Of a DNA stretch of 64,000 bases, positions 29,149 to 42,159 are shown piece after piece (position 1 is the stretch's first letter; each line of letters begins with the position of its first letter). The stretch is from contig NC_092675.1 in NCBI RefSeq assembly GCF_964355755.1, forward strand, positions 20,370,912 to 20,434,911, in the 5' to 3' direction. The stretch comes from Antedon mediterranea (lineage: Eukaryota; Animalia; Echinodermata). Made by a program: the position numbers and the translations under genes. The notes under the pieces are model-generated. The model did no database searches and had not been told where the DNA came from. It was given only the letters and a program-made list of their open reading frames with translations.

Positions 29149-29814
29149 GTATGACACAATCCGAGTAATAAGTCAGCAAAATTAAACAATAAACATTACA
29201 CAAAAATACATTTTTTATTCTCGTGGGTCAAATCTTCCCATCTCATGTGTTCATATACGCGCATTTTTAAAGTTCCTTTACTTTGAGTACATTGCATATT
29301 GTTTGATAATTGATAGCAGAATTAAAAAAATACAGTACACAAATTATACACATTCTTTATTCTTGTGGGTCTAAGCTTTCTTTGGGCAAGAACGCTTGGG
29401 TGCACACGGAACAACAACTGCGATACGATTCTTTCTACAATATAGGATTCTAGGTCAATTCACGTGATTGCCTTCGCGCACTCTTCTTCACACACACGTC
29501 CACCATGCAAAATGTGTCGAGGCTAATCGACAGACACACCCACACAGCTACTACTAGAATATACAGGGGTTTAGAGACTAGTAATTAGGCCTAATAGTAT
29601 CAATAGAAACTATAATTTTAACACGTAATTCTTTAGTAATAAACTATATTAAAAACACCATAAACTAAAGGCTAATTATTTCGACAATCCACACAAAACT
29701 CCGCTATTCTATTATGAAATCGCACGCGGCAACCACAGCCGCGCGGAGATAGGCCTAGAATCGTACCGCACTTGTTTAATCACTTCTTGTTGCTATACGC
29801 TTGGGTGCACACGG

Positions 29815-31499
29815 CAGGGCTCGATATTTCACTAAGTCCGGCGTACAATGTCTAGTTAAAACTGCTCTGGGTTAGTCAATCTTCCACCCAACAAGCCCGG
29901 GTGTCTAGTGTGTAAATAATTAGGCTAGTTTTAGAGAATATTTAGGCCTAGACTTTTAAAATGCATTATTAAAATACTCTAGCCACTGGCCTAATTGTTT
30001 GTAGTCCATCATTTTTATAGAGCGCCTTCGCAATCACGTTCCTCGTTAAAGTTAACGAAGGAGAGCAACTAATCACGCTCCTTAAATCAGCGTGTCAAGT
30101 CACCAATAAGGGGATTCCCCTGTCTGCTTTCAAGTGCCAATTTACTTCCATTACACCTCACAGTGTATCCAGTGCGGTGTCAGATAAATGCCTCAACTAG
30201 TCTTTTAAGCCAGAACAAGTACCAACCAAATGGTTGCTTTTATTGAACAAATCAATTTTAATGTATAAAATATAGTTAATAAAAAAAAAATTAATAGAAG
30301 TAGGCCTATTTTTATTAATTAGAGGAAGATTCTTCACTTCTGTCTTTGGAATTTTAATTAATTTTTTTCTCCGAAAAAAATCAACCAATTTGGTTACCCA
30401 AATTTAGTGACAAAACATGTGCTCTAGTCTCACCATCCCAGCAGCTGGTCTAGCTCTTCTAGCAAGCATCGCGTGTGTGACCGCCGTATGTAAACACAGC
30501 CAAATACCCTTTCCTTAATTACATTTTTAAGATGTAATATTCAAATGATACTTAGTAACTTGTCATTAATATTTTTTTTGTATTACTTTGTGAAATACAG
30601 GTACTTAATTTTTGTTTTTAATTTCTAGGCCTAGTTCTACGCCTAGCCCTATATTATTTATTATAGGCCTAGGCCTAGTAGATTTCTGAAAAAAAAAACA
30701 GCCTAGAAAACGAATCAAGAAGCATTTTTGGGTAGAAGCTGGGATCCACTTGATTTAGGATATTTCGACCTTGCTGATTACGAATATGGCGGATCCCAAG
30801 CGAAATTCGGCCATCTAAGCCTTTAATTTGCATAATTAAAAATGGCGGCCATTTTTTATAATTACCCTATATCTCGAGAACCACTTGTCACAGATAATTA
30901 ATTTTGGTGTCAAAATGTTTTAAATATATGTTTTTATATTCACTTTAATGACACATTTTCTCAAAAAATGGATGCAAGTCTTATTTCTGGCATTTTGACC
31001 TTTGACCTTGATTTATCGTATCTCAGTAACCAATAATCGGAGAGACACGAAATAGGGCTCAAATTGTTCAGAAACTATACATTCATATTTATTATAATGA
31101 AATGTTTTTACAAAAAATGGCCGATTCTACAACTATTGACCTTTGAACTATTAGTCAAATATAATAATATAATAATAATATAACTTTGAAAATTGTGGTC
31201 TTATGAATTTTTTTTCGTTTTAAATTGTTTAAAACATGTGTGTTTCTATCCAGTCTAATGGCACATTTTGTACAAGAATAGCCGATAGTATGGTTATTGA
31301 CCTTTAAACTACAGCATAGGCCTACTGTATAAACTAACTAGAACTTACAGTAGTTTAGTTAGTTTTGATTCAGGTGTGCGGTATATACCCAGTAAGATTT
31401 AGTCAATAAGCGGACTAGTGAAACATCCAGTGGGCTAGTGAAACTCACATTGAACAAGCCCAGTGGTCTAGCTAGTAAAATTTCAAAAATCGAGCCCTG
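29815..31499. mobile_element. Non-autonomous hAT-like element with a 6-bp TSD
   Basis: TIR CAGGGCTCGAT / ATCGAGCCCTG. TSD ACACGG (29809-29814, 31500-31505). The uninterrupted site is shown by the opposite foldback arm at ~28815-28835. Confidence 0.9.
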
Positions 31500-31927
31500 A
31501 CACGGAACAAGAAAATTTAACTGATGAATTATTCATGTTTATTTTGTGACGTTTCATGATGGGGTCCCCAACTTATGTACGAGAAAAAAAATCGCCCCCC
31601 CGGCTTCCCCCCCACCTACCCCTACTGGATACGCCACTGCTTATCAATCAATATTGAAACACTAGTTATAGTTTATTAATTTACAAAAACGAAAAGCAAA
31701 AGTGAACTTTTATTTATCTTTATATCCCCTGAATAATTATGCATATAAGAGCCCATGTTTGCGAGGAAAAAAAAGTATAAAATACACCACTAAACAATGT
31801 GTCCACATATACTTCGATATTAAGAATCATATAATCAATCAAGCCATCAAAATATAACCAAGCCTCACCAGTAAAAATTGAAAATTATACAAAATGGGAT
31901 ATTATGGATATATATATATATCGTATC

Positions 31928-32592
31928 CGGATATTCACCCCCTGGACATTCACCCCCTGGACATTTAACCCCCCGGAAAACTACCCCCGGACAACCACCA
32001 CCTGGACAACTACCCCCTTAGGACAACTACCCCCTTAGGACAACAACCCCCTTAGGACAACTACCCCCTGGACAACTATTCCCCGGACAATTACCCACTA
32101 GGAACAATTACCCCTTAGGAACAATTACCTCCAGGACAATCACCCCCACCGGGTAATTACCCCGCGGACCACTACCTCTGACACAATACTCCCCGTAGGA
32201 CAACTACCTCCTGGACCTGGACAATACTCCGAGAGCAAATAATGTTTTAGCACAACTACCTCCGTAGGACAACAAACTCCTGGACAATTACCCCTAGGAA
32301 CAATTACCCCTAGGAACAATTACCCCCTAGGAACAAATTACCCCCTGACAATTACCCCCGGACAATTATTCCCCCCCCCCCCTCCCCCGGGAAATTACCC
32401 CGCGGACAACTACCTCTGAGTCTGACACCACAATACTCCCCTAAGGACAACTACCTCCTGGACCTGGACAATACTCCTAGGGCAAATAATCTTTTAGGAC
32501 AACTACCTCCGTAGGACAACTAACTCCTGGATAACTACCACCCAGACAACTATCCCTTTAGAACAACTACCCCCCGGACGGACAACTACCAC
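31928..32592 (+). repeat. 15-17 bp minisatellite (GGACAACTACCCCC...), probable MULE subterminal repeats
   Basis: Tens of degenerate GGACAA(C/T)TACCCC units beginning at CGTATCCGGA, with an internal ~250-bp block duplication. Directly abuts a MULE transposase fragment. Confidence 0.85.
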
Positions 32593-32802
32593 CATCCAAC
32601 ATTCTGGATGTTTTTGGATTGCTTGAAAAGGGAACAGGCAATGAACGAAGTTGTGATCGGGTAAGCCCAAGCTGGTGCGCCACCTCCGGCGCAACGCAGA
32701 GCGTACAGACAAACCAATCAACGTATTCTAAGGCTAGTAGAAGGCTATGGCGGTAGAGACACTTTAGATTTTTTAAGGGGTGTCTCCCATAACCTGCATT
32801 AG
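32593..32802 (+). pseudogene. C-terminal fragment of a MULE (Mutator-like) transposase
   Basis: Manual translation HPTFWMFLDCLKREQAMNEVVIG*AQAGAPPPAQRRAYRQTNQRILRLVEGYGGRDTLDFLRGVSHNLH* fits the HPxxWxF...EQ...RI..LV..Y......FLRG..HNL tail of animal MULE transposases. One internal stop; not in the ORF track. Confidence 0.75.
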
Positions 32803-33526
32803 GGTAGTTAGTAGCCTTCAACATACCTTTTTATACTTTGTTTTTAAGTCAGTATAATTTTGATTGTCAAAATACTTTTCGCACTTGGTATCAAAAAAAA
32901 AAGTCCCGAAAATGGGATCATCTGGATTATTACCTTTAATGAAACTTAGTCTTTAAATATGGCTGGAAATATCATATTTGACATTTTGACCTTTTTATTC
33001 TTTCTATGTCTGTAGGAATTTAATGTTGGTCTCATATTGTTCAAAATATCAATGTTTCTATGTACTTCAATGAAAATGTTTCATAAAAAATGACATGAAA
33101 TGCTACCTTTGATTGTTGACATAATTTTTGCGTCAGGACAATGCTTCGATAACCACTGGTCTTAAAAGAATTTATTTTTGTCTCAAATTTGTCATATATG
33201 TATTTTTGTACACTTGATGAATAATATCACTTTTGATATTTGACCTCAATGTTCACTCACCGAATAAACGGCGATCTTTAAATAGATTCCTCTCAAATAA
33301 ACGGTGACCATGTCACTCCCATGAAACATCATATGGAATAATCGGCGTCTATTTCCATTAGATTATACCCCCTCCCATCGAATAAACAACTTTCTTCCAA
33401 TAAATGTCCACCTAAAAACCACCTGAACAATAAACAGCCCAGGCCGTTTTTTCAATAAATACGGTACTTTAAATCTAGCACATCTAGGGTCTAGCGTGCT
33501 GTTAAACAGAATAATCGGTTAAAAAC

Positions 33527-33906
33527 GGGTGTTTCGAAACTAGAGACCCGAGACCGGAGACCTAAATATACGAAAAGGGAGACCCACGTACGAAAAGGGA
33601 GACCCTAATATACGAAAAGGGAGACCTAAATATACGAAAAGGGAGACCTAAATATACGAAAAGGGAGACCTAAATATACGAAAAGGGAGACCCAAATATA
33701 CGAAAAGGGAGACCCAAATATACAAAATGGGAGACCCAAATATACGAAAAGGGAGACCCACTATAAGAAAAGGGAGACCCCACTATACGAAAAGAGAGAC
33801 CACACTATACGAAAAGGGAGACCCTAATATACGAAAAGGGATACCCAAATATAGGTCTCCCTTTTCGTATTGGGTCTCGTGTCAGGTCTCTAGTTTCGAA
33901 ACACCC
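33527..33906. mobile_element. MULE-like MITE containing a 22-bp tandem array
   Basis: TIR GGGTGTTTCGAAACTAGAGACC. 9-bp TSD G(T/A)TAAAAAC with 1 mismatch. About 13 copies of GAGACCYAAATATACGAAAAGG plus one inverted copy at the right end. Confidence 0.85.
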
Positions 33907-34686
33907 GATAAAAACAGAAAGAAAACCGATATAAAACTATTTACAATTGTGAAGGCAAAAGGTTAATACATATATGTTTTCTATAGTGAAGATTTAAAAG
34001 TTGCCAAAGACATATTATGGAGTTCTGATTTTATGTTATTTGGTAGAGAATTCCATAGTTTAGTTGATCTATATTTTATAAACAAAAGTTCTTTTAGCCT
34101 GAGAGTTATTCCATGAAGTCATTATTACACATATACCCAAGCACATTATCTATGTATTTTCCACTCTGTCTGATCTAATTAATACCACTTTTTTTGACAC
34201 TGCCAAGCTATGTGAAAGTGTTCTCTTCCTTTTATTATTGTATAGTTTTGCAGTTTTAATTTTTGTTTTATTCATAGTCAATTGACTATGTTTTAGTGTA
34301 GTGTATTAAGTGTATGAGGTTCTACAGCTAATTAAATATGCAAGGTCTTGTACTCACACCTCATAAATATTGGGCATAGGTATGTAAACAAAGACAGATA
34401 TCATGTATCAAGTTATCTTAATCTCTACAATTCACTTCTATTATAACATCAGTGCTGTGAACATCATAGTCTTTTCTGCAGAGTTTCTTTAAAATTAACA
34501 TTACCAAAACTCAATTTTGTAATTTGTTAACTGTAGTGTAAGTAAAAATCAATATTACAATTTTCTTGTTATACAATTATGATTTAACCATGTAGGTTTA
34601 TGTAATGATTTAGTTTGTATTATTAACATACAGAACAGCATGTACAGTGTCACAATGTAATGGTTATAAGGGAAATAAATTATTTT

Positions 34687-34752
34687 GGACTAGTAGGTTA
34701 GGACTAGTAGGTTAGGACTAGTAGGTTAGGACTAGTAGGTTAGGACTAGTAG
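34687..34752 (+). repeat. 14-bp tandem repeat GGACTAGTAGGTTA (~4.7 copies)
   Basis: Copy A has only ~1.7 copies at 11605-11628. Confidence 0.85.
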
Positions 34753-35599
34753 TTGAACCTGAATGAATGGCATACTGTTACAGTGTTTTGTATAATTATT
34801 TTAGTAGGGAGAACCTGTACCTCATTAACAGTCAATTTATAAGGGTTGCAGTGTTGCGTATGTCTTTTCTTTTTGCAATTTGTAAATTTGTAATTTTTAT
34901 CTTTTATTTTAAAATGTGTGGAGAAACTAATAAAACAAACAAACAAACAAAACTTTTACTTAAACCCGGTCATTCCTTGTCTTAAATGTACGTTTTATTT
35001 TATGGTAATTTTAACCATTCAAAGATGAAATTTGTTATCGCAATAGGACTATAGAGTTATTTTTACATTAAATGTAGTTTGTGACCTTAAATTGGATTTT
35101 AAAAACGTACTGTAGGAATGGGACTTTAAACCAAACTTGTGTCATGTCCAGATAAATTTCCATTTCACACCTGATTCAGAACCCGGAAAGTGTCAGACAC
35201 TGGTTGCGTGTATTTACACTGCAAAATACCAACCCGTGTAAATGTTCTAGATTAATTGAAATATCGCCCTCTCGTGGATGAAGAGACACCCTGTAACGGT
35301 CTGCTCATTATCACCTTACATTTGAGCTATATTGTGTAGTCGTTTTTTGATAACTGAGAACTATCAGTGTGTATCATCCTCGTACATAACTGTTTCTTAG
35401 TTGTAATAAAGATCACATTATTATAACATCTAGCATGTTATTATAATATATAAATTTATAGGTACCAATACTAATATTTTTATTTTCAAAAAAATTTAAT
35501 CAGTATTTTAATAACACTAAAACAACATTCTTAATATAACAAATGATATGTAGTACTACTAAATCAATGTCTAATGCATAAAGGACTATGTACAGTATT

Positions 35600-38500
35600 G
35601 TGATCAGTGTAGTTACAATTTGATAACTGAGCACGCATCTTTTAATATCTACCTCATCAATAATTAGCATTGATATCATATATCAGATTGTTGGATATGA
35701 TCAGTGTAGTCATAATTTGATAACTGAGCACGCATCTTTTAATATCTACCTCATCAATAATTATTTTTAATAATCTATATCACATTGTTCGATATAATCA
35801 GTGTAGTCAAAATTTGATAACTGAGCACGCATCTTTTAATATCTACCTCATCAATAATTATTATTAATAATCTATATCACATTGTTCGATATGATCAGTG
35901 TAGTCAGAATTTGATAACTGAGCACGCGTCTTTTAATATCTACGTCATCAATAATTATTATTAATAATCTATATCACATTGTTCGATATGATCAGTGTGG
36001 TCAGAATTTGATAACTGAGCACGCATCTTTTAATATCTATTTCATCAATAATTATTATTAATACCCTACATCACATTGCTGGATATGATCAGTGTAGTCA
36101 GAATTTGATAACTGAGCACGCATCTATTAATATCTACCTCACCGATAATTATTATTAATATCATAAATCATACTGTTAGATGGGATCAGTGTAGTCATAA
36201 TTTGATAACTGAGCACGCATCTTTTAATATCTACCTCATCAATAATTATTATTAACAATCTATAGCACATTGTTTGATATGATCAGTGTAGTCATAATTT
36301 GATAACTGAGCACGCATCTTTAAATATTTACATCATCAATAATTATTAATAATAATCTATATCACATTTTTGGATATGATCAGTGTAGTCATAATTTGAT
36401 AACTGAGCACGCATCTTTAAATATCCACCTAATCAATAATTATTATTAATATCATATATCACATTGTTTGATATGATCAGTGTAGTCAGAATTTGATAAC
36501 TGAGCACGCATCTTTTAATATCTACCTCATCAATAATTATTATTAATATCTTATATCACATTGTTGGATATGATCAGTGTAGTCATAATTTGATAACTGA
36601 GCACGCATCTTAAATGTTTACCTCATCAATAATTATTATTAATAATCTATAGCACATTGTTTGATATGATCAGTGTAGTCATAATTTGATAACTGAGCAC
36701 GCATCTTTTAATATCTACCTCATCAATAATCAATGTTAATAATCTAAATCACATTGTTTGGTATGATCAGTGTAGTCATAATTTGATTACTGAGCACGCA
36801 TCTTTTAATATCTACCTCATCAATAATTATTATTAATATCTTATATCACATTGTTGGATATGATCAGTGTAGTCATAATTTGATAACTGAGCACGCATCT
36901 TTAAATATCTACATCATCAATAATTACTAATAATAATCTATATCACATTTTGGGATATGATCAGTGTAGTCATAATTTGATAACTGAGCACGCATCTTTT
37001 AATATCTACCTCATCAATAATTATTATTAATATCTTATATCACATTGTTGGATATGATCAGTGTAGTCAGAATTTGATAACTGAGCACGCATCTTTAAAT
37101 ATCTTACCTCATCAATAATTATTATTAATAATCTATATCACATTGTTGGATATAATCAGTGTAGTCATAATTTGATAACTGAGCACGCATCTTTTAATAT
37201 CTACCTCATCAATAATTATTATTAATAATCTATAGCACATTGTTTGATATGATCAGTGTAGTCATAATTTGATAACTGAGCACGTATCTTTAAATATCTA
37301 CATCATCAATAATTATTAATAATAATCTATATCACATTTTTGGATATGATCAGTGTAGTCATAATTTGATAACTGAGCACGCATCTTTAAATATCCACCT
37401 AATCAATAATTATTAATAATATCATATATCACATTGTTCGATATGATCAGTGTAGTCAGAATGTGATAACTGAGCACGCCTCTTTTAATATCTACCTCAT
37501 CAATAATTATTATTAATATCTTATATCACATTGTTGGATATGATCAGTGTAGTCATAATTTGATAACTGAGCACGCATCTTTAAATGTTTACCTCATCAA
37601 TAATTATTATTAATAATCTATAGCACATTGTTTGATATGATCAGTGTAGTCATAATTTGATAACTGAGCACGCATCTTTTAATATCTACCTCATCAATAA
37701 TTAATGTTAATAATCTAAATCACATTGTTGGATATGATCAGTGTAGTCATAATTTGATAACTGAGCACGCATCTTTAAATATCTACCTCATCAATAATTA
37801 TTATTAATAATCTATATCACATTGTTGGATATAATCAGTGTAGTCATAATTTGATTACTGAGCACGCATCTTTTAATATCTACCTCATCAATAATTATTA
37901 TTAATATCTTATATCACATTGTTTGATATGATCAGTGTAGTCATAATTTGATAACTGAGCACGCATCTTTAAATATCTACATCATCAATAATTATTAATA
38001 ATAATCTATATCACATTCAATTCAAATTCAATTCAATTCAAGGAACATTTATTCACGTCCAAAAGACAAAAGTAACAAAAACAAAATGGCAAGTGATAAA
38101 ACAAGAAAATGGACGAAGGCAAATCCCAAAAAGATTACAATCTTGTGACGGGATTGCCTTTACAAAATATTTAAATAAGAGAAGAAAAAAAAAAAAAAAT
38201 ATATAAATAAAGAAAATAAATTAGTTAGACAATAAAGAAATACAAAATATATATAAAACCAGTAGATAAAAGTTGGAATAAAAAATAAAAAAAGAACAGA
38301 AAAAAGTACAGCTGCATGGCATATAGCGAATATGATGACAATTGAATAATAAAGATAGCAAGTCACGGAACATGGAAAAAACGACCATATCAATCATATC
38401 GATCAGTAATGAGACAAAAGGTAATTTTTTATGTTATTATTAAATGAATAGCGGTTGGCAGCACAGGAAATTGAGGGGGGTAAATTGTTAAACAATAGAG

Positions 38501-41492
38501 GTCCAGAATATCTAATGCTATGTTGAAAATAATTGGTGTTATGGTTAGGGATATATATGTTATTTCTTGTTCTAGTATAATATTTATGATCAGTGTAGTC
38601 ATAATTTGATAACTGAGCACGCATCTTTTAATATCTACCTCATCAATAATTATTATTAATATCTTATATCACATTGTTGGATATGATCAGTGTAGTCAGA
38701 ATTTGATAACTGAGCACGCATCTTTAAATATCTACAGCATCAATAATTATTATTAATAATCTATATCACATTGTTGGATATAATCAGTGTAGTCATATTT
38801 TGATAACTGAGCACGCATCTTTTAATATCTACCTCATCAATAATTATTATTAATAATCTATAGCACATTGTTTGATATGATCAGTGTAGTCATAATTTGA
38901 TAACTGAGCACGCATCTTTAAATATCTACAGCATCAATAATTATTAATAATAATCTATATCACATTTTTGGATATGATCAGTGTAGTCATAATTTGATAA
39001 CTGAGCACGCATCTTTAAATATCCACCTAATCAATAATTATTAATAATATCATATATCACATTGTTCGATATGATCATTGTAGTCAGAATTTGATAACTG
39101 AGCACGCATCTTTTAATATCTACCTCATCAATAATTATTATTAATATCTTATATCACATTGTTGGATATGATCAGTGTAGTCATAATTTGATAACTGAGC
39201 ACGCATCTTTAAATGTTTACCTCATCAATAATTATTATTAATAATCTATAGCACATTGTTTGATATGATCAGTGTAGTCATAATTTGATAACTGAGCACG
39301 CATCTTTTAATATCTACCTCATCAATAATTAATGTTAATAATCTAAATCACATTGTTGGATATGATCAGTGTAGTCATAATTTGATAACTGAGCACGCAT
39401 CTTTAAATATATACCTCATCAATAATTATTATTAATAATCTATATCACATTGTTGGATATAATCAGTGTAGTCATAATTTGATTACTGAGCACGCATCTT
39501 TTAATATCTACCTCATCAATAATTATTATTAAGATCTTATATCACATTGTTGGATATGATCAGTGTAGTCATAATTTGATAACTGAGCACGCATCTTTAA
39601 ATATCTACATCATCAATAATTATTAATAATAATCTATATCACATTGTGGGATATGATCAGTGTAGTCATAATTTGATAACTGAGCACGCATCTTTAAATA
39701 TCCACCTAATCAATAATTATTAATAATATCATATATCACATTGTTCGATATGATCAGTGTAGTCATAATTTGATAACTGAGCACGCATCTTTAAATATCT
39801 ACCTCATCAATAATTATTATTAATAATCTATATCACATTGTTGGATATAATCAGTGTAGTCATAATTTGATTACTGAGCACGCATCTTTTAATATCTACC
39901 TCATCAATAATTATTATTAAGATCTTATATCACATTGTTGGATATGATCAGTGTAGTCATAATTTGATAACTGAGCACGCATCTTTAAATATCTACATCA
40001 TCAATAATTATTAATAATAATCTATATCACATTATGGGATATGATCAGTGTAGTCATAATTTGATAACTGAGCACGCATCTTTTAACATCTACCTCATCA
40101 ATAATTATTATTAATATCTTATATCACATTGTTGGATATGATCAGTGTAGTCAGAATTTGATAACTGAGCACGCATCTTTAAATGTTTACCTCATCAATA
40201 ATTATTATTAATAATCTATAGCACATTGTTTGATATGACCAGTGTAGTCATAATTTGATAACTGAGCATGCATCTTTTAATATCTACCTCATCAATAATT
40301 AATGTTAATAATCTAAATCACATTGTTGGATATGATCAGTGTAGTCATAATTTGATAACTGAGCACGCATCTTTAAATATCTACCTCATCAATAATTATT
40401 ATTAATAATCTATATCACATTGTTGGATATAATCAGTGTAGTCATAATTTGATTACTGAGCACGCATCTTTTAATATCTACCTCATCAATAATTATTATT
40501 AAGATCTTATATCACATTGTTGGATATGATCAGTGTAGTCATAATTTGATAACTGAGCACGCATCTTTAAATATCTACATCATCAATAATTATTAATAAT
40601 AATCTATATCACATTGTGGGATATGATCAGTGTAGTCATAATTTGATAACTGAGCACGCATCTTTAAATATCCACCTAATCAATAATTATTAATAATATC
40701 ATATATCACATTGTTCGATATCATCAGTGTAGTCATAATTTGATAACTGAGCACGCATCTTTAAATATCTACCTCATCAATAATTATTATTAATAATCTA
40801 TATCACATTGTTGGATATAATCAGTGTAGTCATAATTTGATTACTGAGCACGCATCTTTTAATATCTACCTCATCAATAATTATTATTAAGATCTTATAT
40901 CACATTGTTGGATATGATCAGTGTAGTCATAATTTGATAACTGAGCAGGCATCTTTAAATATCTACATCATCAATAATTATTAATAATAATCTATATCAC
41001 ATTGTGGGATATGATCAGTGTAGTCATAATTTGATAACTGAGCACGCATCTTTTAACATCTACCTCATCAATAATTATTATTAATATCTTATATCACATT
41101 GTTGGATATGATCAGTGTAGTCAGAATTTGATAACTGAGCACGCATCTTTCAATATCTACCTCATCAATAATTGTTATTAATATCTTATATCACATTGTT
41201 GGATATGATCAGTGTAGTCAAAATTTGATAACTGAGCACGCATCTTTAATATCTATTTCATCAATAATATTATTAATACTCTACATCACACTGTTGGATA
41301 TAATCAGTGTAGTCATAATTTGATAACTGAGCACGCATCTTTAAATATCTACCTCATCAATAATTATTATTAATAATCTATGTCACATTGTTGGATATGA
41401 TCTGTATATTCATAATTTGTTATAACGCATCTTTTAATATCTACCTAATCAATAATAATTATTAATACTTAATGTTGGATATGATCAGTGTG
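35600..41492 (+). repeat. 97-bp satellite array, left arm (~55 monomers)
   Basis: Monomer ATCACATTGTTGGATATGATCAGTGTAGTCATAATTTGATAACTGAGCACGCATCTTTTAATATCTACCTCATCAATAATTATTATTAATAATCTAT. Period 97 read at 35801/35898/35995. Confidence 0.97.
38018..38584 (-). mobile_element. 5'-truncated CR1/L2-group LINE inserted in the satellite
   Basis: ORF2 C-terminus YTRTRNNIYIPNHNTNYFQHSIRYSGPLLFNNLP...FNNNIKNYL*, T-rich UTR, AATAAA and (TTGAA)n tail. About 6 bp of target are lost and there is no TSD. Confidence 0.85.
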
Positions 41493-42159
41493 ATTTTGTT
41501 AGATTTACTGTATACAAGAGATCGAGTCGATGGGTTTTGAAAATGTGTTATTCTTTTGTTCCTAATTACCCTATTGATTTGTATCCGTTTGCTGTTTAAA
41601 TTAACGCATCGTTTATGATGAACGTGTGCCGTTGTAAAAATAAAAATATTCCATATCTTTTTATGTTTGATATGTATTGTAGGGGCCATCATGAGACATG
41701 CTTTGGCTTCTATTGAGGGTCCCAGTTCTTCTTAACAGAATAAATGTGCAGTGAATGAATAATTTGATAAATGAGGACGTGTGTTTTAACATCGATCTAT
41801 TCAGACCGTAATACTCTTCCAGAAATGATATGTTGCTATAATAGGCCTATGACAAATTTCCATTACATTAATAATTCAATTAAGATTTGAAATGTGTCAG
41901 AAATACTAAAGAAATCCAGTAATCTTATTGATTAATAATTATTTATACCATTTCTGATGAACGAACAGAAAACTAAACTTGCAGCCAATCAAAAAGCTGC
42001 TGCACTGTATAAGTAGGGAATTTTAAGTAGGAGTTGTTTTAAATGTCATTGGTCTCGGCTAATCAGTTATTGCCATTTGACTATGATAGGCATCTTTATT
42101 ACCAAACAATATTAAAATATAATGACTTCCTTCACTTTTTACAACCTAGTTTGTGTTTT

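Larger units (their letters stand above)
28731..31595. mobile_element. Foldback-type element with ~350-bp TIRs, nested in the hAT
   Basis: 28731-~29080 is the reverse complement of 29535-29814 plus 31506-31595; the right arm is split by a later insertion. Exact termini and TSD are ambiguous in a C-rich flank. Confidence 0.85.
27493..31639. mobile_element. Non-autonomous hAT element hosting nested insertions
   Basis: TIR CAGTGGCGTATCCAG / CTGGATACGCCACTG; perfect 8-bp TSD CTTATCAA (27485-27492, 31640-31647). Confidence 0.93.

Noticed and set aside
33727-33966. 79-aa repetitive ORF
   Set aside because: Translation of the 22-bp minisatellite inside a MITE.
38403-38624. Satellite-encoded protein
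   Set aside because: It is a chance fusion of satellite sequence to a truncated LINE ORF2 tail.
35600-41492. CRISPR-like array
   Set aside because: The whole 97-bp monomer repeats; there are no unique spacers, no cas genes, and the context is eukaryotic.
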